This document shows, one piece after another, positions 1 to 9,651 of a stretch of 64,000 nt of DNA. The stretch comes from Cyanobacteria bacterium P01_A01_bin.123 (GTDB lineage: Bacteria; Cyanobacteriota; Cyanobacteriia; Phormidesmidales; Phormidesmidaceae), in the NCBI GenBank assembly GCA_039815185.1, contig JBCBZT010000006.1, forward strand, positions 96,001-160,000, written 5' to 3'. Numbering within the stretch: position 1 is the stretch's first letter; the number at the start of each line of letters is the position of its first letter. Position numbers and translations under genes: made by a program. The notes under the pieces were generated by a model. That model worked only from the letters and a program-made list of their open reading frames with translations, did not search any database and had not been told where the DNA came from.

Positions 1-512
1 GCCTCAGCAATTTGTCCTTTCCCCAATTGAGCCGTAACGAGCACCGCTAACGCTTCTTCGTGCTGGGGTTGGGTCTCCAAGACTTGATTTGCCAACGCGA
101 TCGCTTGGTCAAAGTCATGCTTGGCTTCTGCAATATTGGCCAAAGCCAGCAGCGCCCCAGCATTGTTAAAGGGCAAGTTATTGAGAGAAGTATTTGCGGC
201 CTGCTCCGCCTTTAGATACCAGTTGGCATCCCCAGTTGCCCTAGCAAACCGCAAATAAGCCCCAGCCAACGCCGCCTGATTCAGCCCATCTTGAGGACTT
301 TGGCGAATCCGCCCCTGGTAGAAGGCCAGTTCTTGTTCAAGCTGACTGACAACTTGGTTAGGGCTGGGCTGAGTAAAGGGATAGCGGTATTCGGAAATTG
401 AACGATTTAGGATCGGGGATAACGACGTTGCAATGGCCAGCCCTGCTAACAGGCCAATCCCGATCATGAACGGTTTTCGGCGGGTGAGTGGACGTTTGGG
501 AATGAGTAGCAT
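1..512 (-). CDS. Tetratricopeptide-repeat protein with N-terminal membrane anchor (3' end runs off the window)
   Basis: Hand translation from ATG at 512: MLLIPKRPLTRRKPFMIGIGLLAGLAIATS...LEQELAFYQGRIRQSPQDGLNQAALAGAYL...LALANIAEAKHDFDQAIALANQVL. Open to position 1, TPR-like helices, directly downstream of the DUF4331 gene. Not in the ORF track. Confidence 0.8.
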   Translation of the reverse strand, partial: MLLIPKRPLTRRKPFMIGIGLLAGLAIATSLSPILNRSISEYRYPFTQPSPNQVVSQLEQELAFYQGRIRQSPQDGLNQAALAGAYLRFARATGDANWYLKAEQAANTSLNNLPFNNAGALLALANIAEAKHDFDQAIALANQVLETQPQHEEALAVLVTAQLGKGQIAE

Positions 513-660
513 GTTTGTCGTAATGAGTGATGAGGTCAAGGATCAAGGGAGTGGGGAAGACGCAGCGGAGCGGAGTTTTGAAGGTTGAGAGGCTGGATTC
601 AGCATGATTTAGCGATTCACGCTCAATCCTTGCCTTGCTCCCGCCGCTCCCCCTGCTCTG

Positions 661-1911
661 CTAATTCGGCAATGCCAAATAAGGGAACGACGACTCCAGC
701 GGATCATGACCTTGAGCCTGATTCCCCGGTACGCCTTCATAGGAGACGCCATCGGAGGCGATCGCGCCGTCTGTCAGTACGCTGAGGGTAATGTCAATCA
801 CGTCGTCTGCTAACAGGCGGCCCCGGACTGGGCTACCTGCCGCATTCAGGTCATTGGCATAACCGCTAGGGCCACTAGTGTCAATTCGCATCACGTCAGG
901 CAGGAAGGCCCCTAGAAGGAGATTTGCGCGTTCTTCGCTGTTGCCGAGGGCAAGTAAGGTTTGTTTGGCTTCACCGACGATCGGCCCGGCAATCTCGGCG
1001 GCGGGATTTTGTCCGGCTAAGGCAGCAGCTTCAAAATCAGGCCCAATGCTGTTGAGCGCGTTCAAGAAATCGTTGGTGATAATTAAACCTTCATTAATGC
1101 CGGGACGGGCCAGACGTTCCACCTGGACGTAGTCACCATTGGCATCGGGGACTGAAACCGTCATCCATACGTCGAAGACTTCGGCATCGCTGTGCCCTTG
1201 CAGGAACTGTTTGGGAACCCGTACAGCAATGGCATTAACGTTGTATCCCGTAGTGAAATCCACGGCTTCTTCGGGGGAGCGGAAGCCAACAGCGAGGCCA
1301 ATACCCGCTGCCCCAGCCCGCACTCGGAAAAATTGCTCAACATCAAAAAAGAAGGGATCTTCTCGCAGTCCGGCAAAAATGGTTAATGGCGTGTCGCCCA
1401 AGGCAACTTGACTCACATTGGCTGAGTGATCCGTAATCGGGGTGGTGATGGCAGTCGCGGTTTCCGGGTGGCCATCTTGAATCGCCGTCACGGTCATTTG
1501 CTGTTCTTGATTGTCGTTGGGTGGGCTGAACTCAAACCGTAAAGTCATATCGGCTTGACCCGTCGCCGCCGCATCTTTGTCTGCCATCCGAGCAATATGA
1601 AACTCATAGCGGGCGTTGGTGCTGAAGTAATATTGCTGTCGAGCCAGCGATCGCGGGTTGGTATTCATGATCAACACCAGATCATCTGAAGAGGCGTGGG
1701 GATTTTGGTCGCTTTCGCGGAACACGTATAAATCGGTCAGATTTAGATTGCGGCCTTTGGTGTCTACTTCGCCATCGTCATGGTCTGATGCTTGCAGGAA
1801 GTAGGCCGTACCGCCCAGCATCAGAGCCGCGCCTAGTACCGCGCCAGTCAAACGCAGTCCCGTTTTTGAGAAACGCTTGAGGCCTTTAAAGGTGAACATT
1901 GACTTGAACAT
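661..1911 (-). CDS. DUF4331 family secreted protein
   Basis: Signal peptide then ASDHDD..., DLYVF, FAGLREDPFFFD, GRLLADDVIDI and C-terminal FPYLA, typical of DUF4331. Start moved to ATG 1911, which has AGGAG upstream. Confidence 0.8.
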   Translation of the reverse strand: MFKSMFTFKGLKRFSKTGLRLTGAVLGAALMLGGTAYFLQASDHDDGEVDTKGRNLNLTDLYVFRESDQNPHASSDDLVLIMNTNPRSLARQQYYFSTNARYEFHIARMADKDAAATGQADMTLRFEFSPPNDNQEQQMTVTAIQDGHPETATAITTPITDHSANVSQVALGDTPLTIFAGLREDPFFFDVEQFFRVRAGAAGIGLAVGFRSPEEAVDFTTGYNVNAIAVRVPKQFLQGHSDAEVFDVWMTVSVPDANGDYVQVERLARPGINEGLIITNDFLNALNSIGPDFEAAALAGQNPAAEIAGPIVGEAKQTLLALGNSEERANLLLGAFLPDVMRIDTSGPSGYANDLNAAGSPVRGRLLADDVIDITLSVLTDGAIASDGVSYEGVPGNQAQGHDPLESSFPYLALPN

Positions 1912-2076
1912 TTTGAACTTCTCCTGAAGAATGATTAGGAACTGGCTTGGGCTGGCGCAGAATACAGGACAATAAATCCGAAAACTGCACAAACGAGTCT
2001 GTCAGCACAGGGAATTTCCTGTTCTGGCGTTCAGCCTGTGATTTTTGTCAATCTGCGATTGGGGTCAATCTGAAGG

Positions 2077-2110
2077 GGTATACGACCGTAAGTTTGATTT
2101 GGATCTCTCA
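2077..2110 (-). promoter_or_regulatory. Putative ECF sigma promoter for the DUF4331-TPR operon
   Basis: Minus strand reads TGAGAGATCC-N16-CGTATACC; the same boxes and spacing recur at 2732-2765 on the + strand. Confidence 0.7.
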
Positions 2111-2142
2111 GCAGTATTTTTTACGAAGGAACCACCTAAATC

Positions 2143-2709
2143 ATGGCTACGCTGCAATCTAGTGACGACGCGCGAATCATTCGTCAGATTGTTGAGCGTG
2201 ACCAGACAGCTTTAGGACAGCTCTATGACCGCTATGCTCGGGTCATGTATGGGCTAGCCTTCAAGATGCTAAATTCGGTCGAAGAAGCCGAAGAGGTTGT
2301 CTTGGATGTGTTTTCGCAGGCGTGGCGCGATGCCCACCGCTATGATGCCGCCCGCAGTCGGGTGGATAGCTGGTTGTTTTTAATGACCCGCAGTCGGGCT
2401 TTAGATCGACTCAGAAAACGACAGCGGCAGTCTAAGGTGGTTGAAGTTGCCACGATTAAGGCGCAGTCAGCCCCTGCTCAAACCCTGAATCTACCGGAAG
2501 AGGATTTATTAATTGCCGAACGGCGATCGCGGGTCAAATCAGCCCTCACCCAACTGCCGGAAGCACAGCGTCAGGTGATCGAGATGGCCTACTTTGAGGG
2601 GTTGAGCCAATCTGAGATTGCCCAGCGTACCGATCTAAAACTCGGTACGGTTAAGACCCGCATTAGGCTTGGCCTTAGTAAGCTGAAAGGGCTTCTGGCT
2701 CATCCCTAA
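2143..2709 (+). CDS. ECF sigma-70 factor (SigK-like)
   Basis: Region 2 (AEEVVLDVFSQAW...SWLFLMTRSRALDRLR) and region 4 (YFEGLSQSEIAQRTDLKLGTVKTRIR). Confidence 0.92.
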   Translation: MATLQSSDDARIIRQIVERDQTALGQLYDRYARVMYGLAFKMLNSVEEAEEVVLDVFSQAWRDAHRYDAARSRVDSWLFLMTRSRALDRLRKRQRQSKVVEVATIKAQSAPAQTLNLPEEDLLIAERRSRVKSALTQLPEAQRQVIEMAYFEGLSQSEIAQRTDLKLGTVKTRIRLGLSKLKGLLAHP

Positions 2710-2731
2710 GATTGAAAGAAGACGCTATAGA

Positions 2732-2765
2732 TGAGAGATCCAATCTGAGGTTTCCAGCGTATACC
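2732..2765 (+). promoter_or_regulatory. Putative ECF sigma promoter for the anti-sigma gene
   Basis: TGAGAGATCC-N16-CGTATACC, 55 nt upstream of the ATG at 2821; twin of the motif at 2077-2110. Confidence 0.7.
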
Positions 2766-2820
2766 TTAGATAGCCCCCAACTCCCCAAATGATGCGCTAT
2801 GCTTTTCATCTCCATGAGAT

Positions 2821-3453
2821 ATGACAACGCCTGAACGACCCGTGAATTCAACCCCGATTGATGACCTGGCAGCACTGTATGCCCTCGATTTGCTTGAGGC
2901 AGACGATCTCGCTCGGGTCGATTTAGCGTTGGCTCAGGATGAGACGTTTGCCCAACGGGTCAGTGAGTTTCAGACAGCCGCCGCAGCTATCCCATACAGT
3001 GTTCCGGCTGTCCCGATGGCAGGCGATCTAAAGAACCGCCTGTTTCAGCGCATTGCTCAAGCGCCAGAAGCTTCAGACTCTCCGCTACTGGATCTGCTGA
3101 CGCGTTCAATTGATGACCTAAAAAAGCAGGCGGCTGACCTTGTCTGGCAACCGATGATGGGTAGCAACGCCGTTGAAATTGCCCTTTGGCAAACCGATGA
3201 AGCGCGGCGAGAAGTGGCATTTTTCGTGCGTAAGTCTGAAGGGGGCCTATTTCCAAACCATGCCCATGCGAGTGGTGAAACGGTATTGGTGTTGACAGGC
3301 GATTTTGTCGCCAATGGTGAGGTTTATCGCGTGGGCGATCGCGCCACTGCGATCGCCCATACTGCCCATCAACCCGGAACCCAAACCGGCTGTCTACTCT
3401 TTTGCATCTCTTCTATGGATGATCAGGTTTTAAGCGATGAAAGGAGCCTTTAG
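2821..3453 (+). CDS. Anti-sigma factor with C-terminal ChrR-like cupin domain
   Basis: N-terminal anti-sigma-like LAALYALDLL; cupin His motifs FPNHAHASGE and TAHQP; directly follows the ECF gene. Confidence 0.8.
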   Translation: MTTPERPVNSTPIDDLAALYALDLLEADDLARVDLALAQDETFAQRVSEFQTAAAAIPYSVPAVPMAGDLKNRLFQRIAQAPEASDSPLLDLLTRSIDDLKKQAADLVWQPMMGSNAVEIALWQTDEARREVAFFVRKSEGGLFPNHAHASGETVLVLTGDFVANGEVYRVGDRATAIAHTAHQPGTQTGCLLFCISSMDDQVLSDERSL

Positions 3454-3517
3454 CAATCCAGCCAGTGGATTAATTCGGCGATCGCGTCGGCATAGCGCTC
3501 TCGCATACCCACCAAGC

Positions 3518-6217
3518 CTAAATCAGCATCAGGTGATCTCGCGGCAGCGTGATCACACAGGTTGTCCCCACACCGATTTCACTGGTGATGTCAATCGTAC
3601 CGCCATGTAAATCGACGCATTTTTTGACTACAACCAACCCCAACCCAGTGCCCGGAACAGTGCGGACATTCTTACCCCGATGGAAAGGTTCAAACAACTG
3701 TGTTTGATCCGTTGACGGAATACCAATCCCTTGATCTTGCACTTGAATCGATACAGCCTCTGCCTGAAACGTCAACGTCAGCCAAATTTTGCCCCCATCG
3801 GGAGAATACTTAATCGCATTCGATAGCAAATTAGCCAGGATTGAACGCAAGAGTTTTTCATCCAAGCTCATGGAATAGGCTGTTCCCTGACTAGTAAAGA
3901 CGAGGATATGCTGTTCCCCAGCGCTGAGCTGCATTTCCTCGACGACGTGACGACAATACGGTTCTAGTGCCAGGGGTTGAGGATTAAAGGCCAAGTTGCC
4001 CGATTCGGCTCGATTGATCGTCAAAATGTCGTCTAGCAACTGCACCATATGCTTCACTGAGTCTTGAATTCGGTGCAGATTGCGCAATCGTTTTTCGGTG
4101 TTGTGCCATTCATGTTGGGAATTTTCTAGCACTTGAGCAGCGGCTAGCGCTGTACTGAGTGGGGTGCGAAACTCGTGGGAGGCCATGGAAAAAAAGCGTG
4201 TCTTTAAGGCACTGAGTTCTTTTTCACGTTCTAAGGCCAAGCGAATTTCATCGAGTCGTTTGCGCTCAGTGATGTCACGGGCATTGACGATGACACGGAG
4301 GGTAGTGGCACCCTCTACAAATTGCTGACTAACGGCTTCTAAGATCCGCCAGGATCCATCGTGATGGCGATGGCGAAACTCAATTGGGCGCTGTAACGCT
4401 GGATGTGGGGTCGTATGGGTGAGGAGATTGTACAGGGTTACTTCTGATAAATCGTGGCGCGTTGTCTGGGATGCATCGAGGGTGGGTGTCCGATCATCGG
4501 GATGGATCAGCACCATCACATTCTGCCCAATGAGATCGGTAATGCTGTATCCCAGAATTTTTTCTACCGAGGGACTGACATAACCAATCGTGCCATCCGG
4601 ATCCAGAATCATGATGATGTCTAAGGCGTTTTCGATCAGCGATCGAAAGCGTTCTTCGCTTTGGCGGAGGGCCTGCTCAACCGTCTTGCGCTCCGTTGCA
4701 TCGCGCTGTACCGCAATCCAGTGGGTATACCATCCCTTAGCATCGGCAACGGGAACCAGGCTAAATTCGTTCCAAAATTCAGACCCATCCTTGCGGTAGT
4801 TAATCACCTCCACCGTCACGGGTTCCCAGCGAGAGAGGGCTGTTCGGACTTTATAGAGTTGAGCTTGATCGGTTTTGGGCCCCTGTAAAATCCGGGGCGT
4901 CTTACCCAATACCTCCGCTGGTTCGTAGCCTGTGATCCGAGTAAAGGCTTCATTCACATAGAGAATGCGCGGCCCTGGTTCGTCAATCGCGTTTGCTTCA
5001 GTGACGATCACCGCATCGTTTGTATTCACGACGACGGATTGGAGCAAACGCAGCTCTTCGGCCTGCTGCTTTTGTTCGGTAATGTCGGCGATTACGGCAA
5101 CAATGCCGCTAATTTGTCCCTCTGCATCAGGTAGGGGGGCAGCGGAGAAAATAATGTTGATTGCAGTACCGTCTTTTCGATGACGACACAGTTCTAGCCG
5201 AGTGTGGGTTTTGCCCTGGAGAACACTGCTTTGGAGCGTTGTACAATCTTCCAGTTGATCGTCTAAAGGAATCGGAATCGGGCGACCGATCACGTCTGAT
5301 TCAGTCCAGCCAAACATGCGCTCAGCCGCTGGGTTCCAGATCTTGACGTTGCCGTCTAAATCCAACATGAAGATGGCACGGGGGGAGGCGGTGACGAGGG
5401 CTTGCAGGGTGTCATTTGTATGGCGTAGGGCAATCTCTGTCCGTTGCCGTTCCACAATTTCTGCTCGCAGAGAAGTATTTGCCGTTGCCAGTTCAGTGGT
5501 GCGCTGTTGCACTCGGTGTTCCAGTTGAGTATTGAGTTGCTGGAGTTGGTTGTAAAGCTCGGATTGTTGAATCGCGATCGCCACCTGAGTCGCCAGTTGC
5601 TTCATCAGCTCTACTTCCCAAACTTCCCATTCTCGAGGGCGACTACACTGGTGAGCAATTAATAGGCCCCACAGATAGGTTTGAGAAGCTTCTGAGTTTT
5701 GGGCATTATCTCCCGACGTATCCCGATTCTTTTGGATAATCGGCACGACTAGTTTTGCCTGTACGCCAAACTGCTTCACAAAATCTGCCAGGCAAGCCTC
5801 CATATCCGATTGATCGACGTTGGTGATGGTGCGGGTCTTCCCTTGGGCATAGGCGCGATGATATTCCTGGGGAAAGACTTCTTCTGCAAACGTAGCACCT
5901 AAGATCTTGGGATAAGGCGGTAAAACGGTTTCATGAATCGCACAGCCCGTGCCGTTATCCCACAGGCGATAGATCAAAACGCGATCGGCTTGCAGAAACC
6001 GTTGAACTTCTTCGACCGTGGTGGCGAGAACCTGATCGAGATCTAAAGATTGGCGAATTTGATGTGCAATTTGGGTTACCAACCGTTCACGCTGGGTTTG
6101 CTGGCAAAGCACAATTTCAATTCGCTTCCGCCGTTTCAATTCCTGTGGGTAATACCAACAAAGGGCAATCAGGAGAAAAAAGCCTAAGCTACTACCAATA
6201 AGCGGGAAAGTGGACAT
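3518..6217 (-). CDS. ccaS: Green/red cyanobacteriochrome histidine kinase CcaS (TM-GAF-3xPAS-HisKA-HATPase)
   Basis: GAF signature EEVFPQEYHRAYAQGK...CLADFVKQFGVQAKLVVPI with bilin Cys; H-box SHEFRTPL; G2 box GTGLGL; clustered with cpcL and ccaR. Confidence 0.9.
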   Translation of the reverse strand: MSTFPLIGSSLGFFLLIALCWYYPQELKRRKRIEIVLCQQTQRERLVTQIAHQIRQSLDLDQVLATTVEEVQRFLQADRVLIYRLWDNGTGCAIHETVLPPYPKILGATFAEEVFPQEYHRAYAQGKTRTITNVDQSDMEACLADFVKQFGVQAKLVVPIIQKNRDTSGDNAQNSEASQTYLWGLLIAHQCSRPREWEVWEVELMKQLATQVAIAIQQSELYNQLQQLNTQLEHRVQQRTTELATANTSLRAEIVERQRTEIALRHTNDTLQALVTASPRAIFMLDLDGNVKIWNPAAERMFGWTESDVIGRPIPIPLDDQLEDCTTLQSSVLQGKTHTRLELCRHRKDGTAINIIFSAAPLPDAEGQISGIVAVIADITEQKQQAEELRLLQSVVVNTNDAVIVTEANAIDEPGPRILYVNEAFTRITGYEPAEVLGKTPRILQGPKTDQAQLYKVRTALSRWEPVTVEVINYRKDGSEFWNEFSLVPVADAKGWYTHWIAVQRDATERKTVEQALRQSEERFRSLIENALDIIMILDPDGTIGYVSPSVEKILGYSITDLIGQNVMVLIHPDDRTPTLDASQTTRHDLSEVTLYNLLTHTTPHPALQRPIEFRHRHHDGSWRILEAVSQQFVEGATTLRVIVNARDITERKRLDEIRLALEREKELSALKTRFFSMASHEFRTPLSTALAAAQVLENSQHEWHNTEKRLRNLHRIQDSVKHMVQLLDDILTINRAESGNLAFNPQPLALEPYCRHVVEEMQLSAGEQHILVFTSQGTAYSMSLDEKLLRSILANLLSNAIKYSPDGGKIWLTLTFQAEAVSIQVQDQGIGIPSTDQTQLFEPFHRGKNVRTVPGTGLGLVVVKKCVDLHGGTIDITSEIGVGTTCVITLPRDHLMLI

Positions 6218-6360
6218 GGTTTAAACCTTGTCTGAGTCCAGACCTAGAGTTTCCCGTAGGCAAAATTCTAGGTCTAGACTTGGTGTACAAGCCAAAAGCC
6301 AAATACTTGGACTTTTGACTTTTGACCCCTGGTTTTCGATGCCTTAAATAACCCCCAACC

Positions 6361-7119
6361 CTAGAAGCCAAGTAGTGTGGCCAGAAATAGCAGCGCAATA
6401 AAGCCCATACCGCTAAAGAATAGCCACAGCCAAATTTTCTCCAATCTTGCGGGTGGCTTCCTTTGCCATGTCCAGCGAGGGGATGACATCAATGGGCCTG
6501 TAAAGCCAGTTCTGCCAGCGCTCAATAAAGCCTGGAGGTTTGGTTCGGGCAATTTATCCCGATAATCAGTGCCATAACGCGCCATGTGGGCAAAGGTGAC
6601 TTCTCCTTGAGACCGTTGTGGTAAGATGCGTCGGCGTTGATAAGGGACAATATTATCGCCAAAATTATTCAGGTATTCTTCACTGTTTAGGAGTGTATCA
6701 ACAAAGCCTTGCAATCCTTTCGTTGCCAGCACAATTGACCAGGTTAGTTTTTCGCGATCGCTGTACACATTACGTCCCAAAATACGCTGAACGCAAATCT
6801 CGACAAAGCGATAGTTATTGTTACTTTCATAGGTCAGTCGCCGGAAAGAATCGGACAAAACCAACCCCCGGATGAAATCCTTAACCGTGATTTGCCCTAC
6901 CCGCAATTGAGACTCCAAGAACCGCTGGCGATGGTGTGTGAGCATTTGTTGCTCGTTACAAATTTGGCGGTAAGCCGCCATAATCAACGTATCCATGTCT
7001 GATGCGGCCAGAAGATCATCGGTAGTATAAATTCGGGGTTGTTCATCCCCAGGAATTTCAAATCCATTTACCCGGTTATTTTGGGACAAAGCGGCGTACT
7101 CTAAAAGCGGAATTGGCAT
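6361..7119 (-). CDS. cpcL: Rod-membrane linker CpcL (CpcG2)
   Basis: CpcG-type N-terminus MPIPLLEYA...NNNYRFVEICVQRILGR...VPYQRRRILPQR, plus the hydrophobic C-terminal helix IWLWLFFSGMGFIALLFLATLLGF that distinguishes CpcL. Confidence 0.9.
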   Translation of the reverse strand: MPIPLLEYAALSQNNRVNGFEIPGDEQPRIYTTDDLLAASDMDTLIMAAYRQICNEQQMLTHHRQRFLESQLRVGQITVKDFIRGLVLSDSFRRLTYESNNNYRFVEICVQRILGRNVYSDREKLTWSIVLATKGLQGFVDTLLNSEEYLNNFGDNIVPYQRRRILPQRSQGEVTFAHMARYGTDYRDKLPEPNLQALLSAGRTGFTGPLMSSPRWTWQRKPPARLEKIWLWLFFSGMGFIALLFLATLLGF

Positions 7120-7236
7120 AGCGATTCTCCAAAAGGAATTAAAGTTAGGGTTTATAGGTTTGCAGTACATTATTAAGCTGCAACACACCAGAAGAGATTA
7201 AGCAATTGCCCCTCTCCCCTGGAATTCTGAGCGCGA

Positions 7237-9006
7237 TTAACCGCTAAAAACGCGGCTCCGCCATTTATTCAAACGGGCTTCGCCAATTGTGGCATGGCGT
7301 CGGGCATCGGCAATTTGATCGCGCAGGGTTGCGATTTGGGTTGTCTGGGCGTCTGCCTGTTGTTGCAGAGGCGATGACGACGTGTCTGCACCAGCAGCAG
7401 CACCAACGGGCCGCCAATCGCTATTAAGATACGAAGCGCCAATGGCGGCAAAGGGACGCAACTCTGCCAGTTGTTGCTGCAAACTGGTAATTACTTCAGA
7501 TTGCTGCTGAACAGTCTGTTGCAAAGCTTGTTCAGCAGCCGATCGGTCTGATCTGGAAACGCCAGGCTGGGACCTAGCCACGAACGGGTACTTGGGTCTG
7601 AGTGCCTCTGCTAAAATCTCGCTAACATCCTTGACCTTGAGTTTGCCATAGGGGGCATTCCGGATCAGGGCGCGGGTTAATTGCGGCTTGTTTTGGGTCG
7701 CCAGATCTTTATCGCTGCTAGAAGCACTCCGCAGCAATTGGAACATGTTAGTAAATTCCAGCAGCGATTGCCCTGGTTGGGTGCGGTAACCCCTATAATA
7801 GGGCACAATTGCTTCGCCAAAGGCAACCTGATATTCATCGCTATCCAGATAGGTGTCAATATCTGCCTCAAAGCCGTCCTGATCTAGGACTGTACTGTGA
7901 TAGCGCATCTCTTCAAAATTATCCGGTGCACGTCCCAATAGATGTTTATAGTTCAGCTCAATGGCCCGGTAGCGATAGCAGTTGTTAAAGAAGCGGGCAC
8001 GATACAGCTCCGACTTTGCCAGATATCGGACAAATTCGCGCACACTCAATTCACCCCGCTTCAGTTGCGATTCAGCCGTGACTAACCGCTCACTTTCCAT
8101 CACATGGGCATTGCCCAACACCTGACGATAGACGGCTCTAATCACGATCTCAGCTTCTGCGACTGAGCAACCAGGACACAGTTCGATAGGGGCTGTCTCT
8201 TTGAAGGGCTGATAGGCCTGGTAGAACTGTGTCTGCCGTTCAGTATCAGGGGGTGAATCGTTGGCAGTTGTTGTTGAAATGGGCATCTCCGTCTTCAGGC
8301 CCAGTGTTTTGGCTAAGAGTTGATTGATATCAGTGATCGCAGCAGGGCGCTGCCAAGGAGAACGCGCACCTGTGACAGGGGCGATCGCGCTGGGGCTGTT
8401 GGTCATTAGAGAGGCATTCAACCGAGCACGATTTTGGCGAGCCACGTCCTTATCGCTGCTGGCCGATCCGCGCAAGAGTTGAAATAGGTGGGTAAACCCA
8501 ACCATTTTCTTGCCAGCCTGGGTTTTATATCCCCGGTAGTAAGGCACAATGTCTTCACCAAAAGCCTGTTGATACTCATCACTATCGAGATAAGAATCGA
8601 TCTCTGCCTCAAATCCATATTGGTCAAGCCACTGTCCATGTTCAGCGATTTCCTCATGACCTTCAGGTGCACGACCGAGTAAATGCTTGAAATTGAGTTC
8701 AATTGATCGCGTCCGAGAACAGGTCTCAAAAAAAAGTGTGCGGTACAGAGCTGACTGGGCAACCTGGCGCACAAATTCCCGTACACAGATGTCTCCCCGC
8801 CGCAGTTGAGATTCTGAGGCAACCAGCCGTTCGCTCTCCATCACATGGGCATTGCCCAAAACCTGGCGATAGACGGCCCGAATGACCACATCAACTTCCG
8901 CCTCAGAACGATTTGGCCAGAGCTGAATCGGTTCAGTGTCATCGAATGGTTGTACCCCAAGGGCTGAGTCAGGATTTACTACAGGATTAATAAAAGAACT
9001 AAGCAT
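7237..9006 (-). CDS. Phycobilisome rod linker with two tandem linker domains and a coiled-coil tail
   Basis: VIRAVYRQVLGNAHVMESERL...KHLLGRAP...YLDSDEYQ..FGE.IVPYYRGY occurs twice. Start at ATG 9006 with AGGAG RBS. Confidence 0.85.
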   Translation of the reverse strand: MLSSFINPVVNPDSALGVQPFDDTEPIQLWPNRSEAEVDVVIRAVYRQVLGNAHVMESERLVASESQLRRGDICVREFVRQVAQSALYRTLFFETCSRTRSIELNFKHLLGRAPEGHEEIAEHGQWLDQYGFEAEIDSYLDSDEYQQAFGEDIVPYYRGYKTQAGKKMVGFTHLFQLLRGSASSDKDVARQNRARLNASLMTNSPSAIAPVTGARSPWQRPAAITDINQLLAKTLGLKTEMPISTTTANDSPPDTERQTQFYQAYQPFKETAPIELCPGCSVAEAEIVIRAVYRQVLGNAHVMESERLVTAESQLKRGELSVREFVRYLAKSELYRARFFNNCYRYRAIELNYKHLLGRAPDNFEEMRYHSTVLDQDGFEADIDTYLDSDEYQVAFGEAIVPYYRGYRTQPGQSLLEFTNMFQLLRSASSSDKDLATQNKPQLTRALIRNAPYGKLKVKDVSEILAEALRPKYPFVARSQPGVSRSDRSAAEQALQQTVQQQSEVITSLQQQLAELRPFAAIGASYLNSDWRPVGAAAGADTSSSPLQQQADAQTTQIATLRDQIADARRHATIGEARLNKWRSRVFSG

Positions 9007-9240
9007 ATTCAACGTCTCCTTGACACATAACCAATCCTGAACCGCAACGGGAATGAATACTAATTGACCGACAAAACTCTTCATACTGGCGGTTTTAGCG
9101 ATTTAACTTAATGCAAAAATATCTCTGAGAGAGAATAATCTGCGAGAAGAAAAAAGCCTCCCACGCTGTAATACATTCAGAAAATTGGTCAAGGTTTCAG
9201 TGTAGAGGATCTCATACTGACCGTAAGGAAACTGGTAAGA

Positions 9241-9262
9241 GAAAGGTAAAGAAATCGGAAAG
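9241..9262 (-). promoter_or_regulatory. G-box (CcaR-binding direct repeat)
   Basis: Minus strand CTTTCCGATTTCTTTACCTTTC, close to the cpcG2 G-box as I recall it (CTTTCCGATTTCTTTACGATTT). A possible -10 box TACACT lies at 9199-9204. Confidence 0.8.
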
Positions 9263-9651
9263 AATGCAGGCAGGCAATAAATCTTGAGATTCCGTTGTAT
9301 TTGTTTTGATGGATTTATTCAAACCTATGATATGCATTTTTTCGATTCGATCAGAGAAAAAGATTGAGGCCAAATTCTCGTAAAATTATTTGGGATGATT
9401 CGTCTTAAAACCTGATTCAAGCCTAAATCTGGAGTTGTGTTTATGGGAAAATTCTTGCACCCTAGCTGGACTGGTACGGCGTCTTATAAATTGCTGTAAA
9501 CCAAAGGAAAACGCTGAACTAAATCACATCCGATTTGAAACCTTGAGGTTTTAACCGAAGGGAAAGACATGGATCTGGATGTGGATAGGGTTTAAAGAAA
9601 AAGTTGACTCATTCTCAGATATTGCATGCTATCTATTCCGAACACCAGACT

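Noticed and set aside
358..546. 62-aa minus-strand ORF from the track
   Set aside because: Off-frame overlap with the TPR gene starting at 512.
4700..5030. LOV blue-light domain within CcaS
   Set aside because: The motif reads GKTPRILQ, lacking the Cys of GRNCRFLQ; treated as an ordinary PAS domain.
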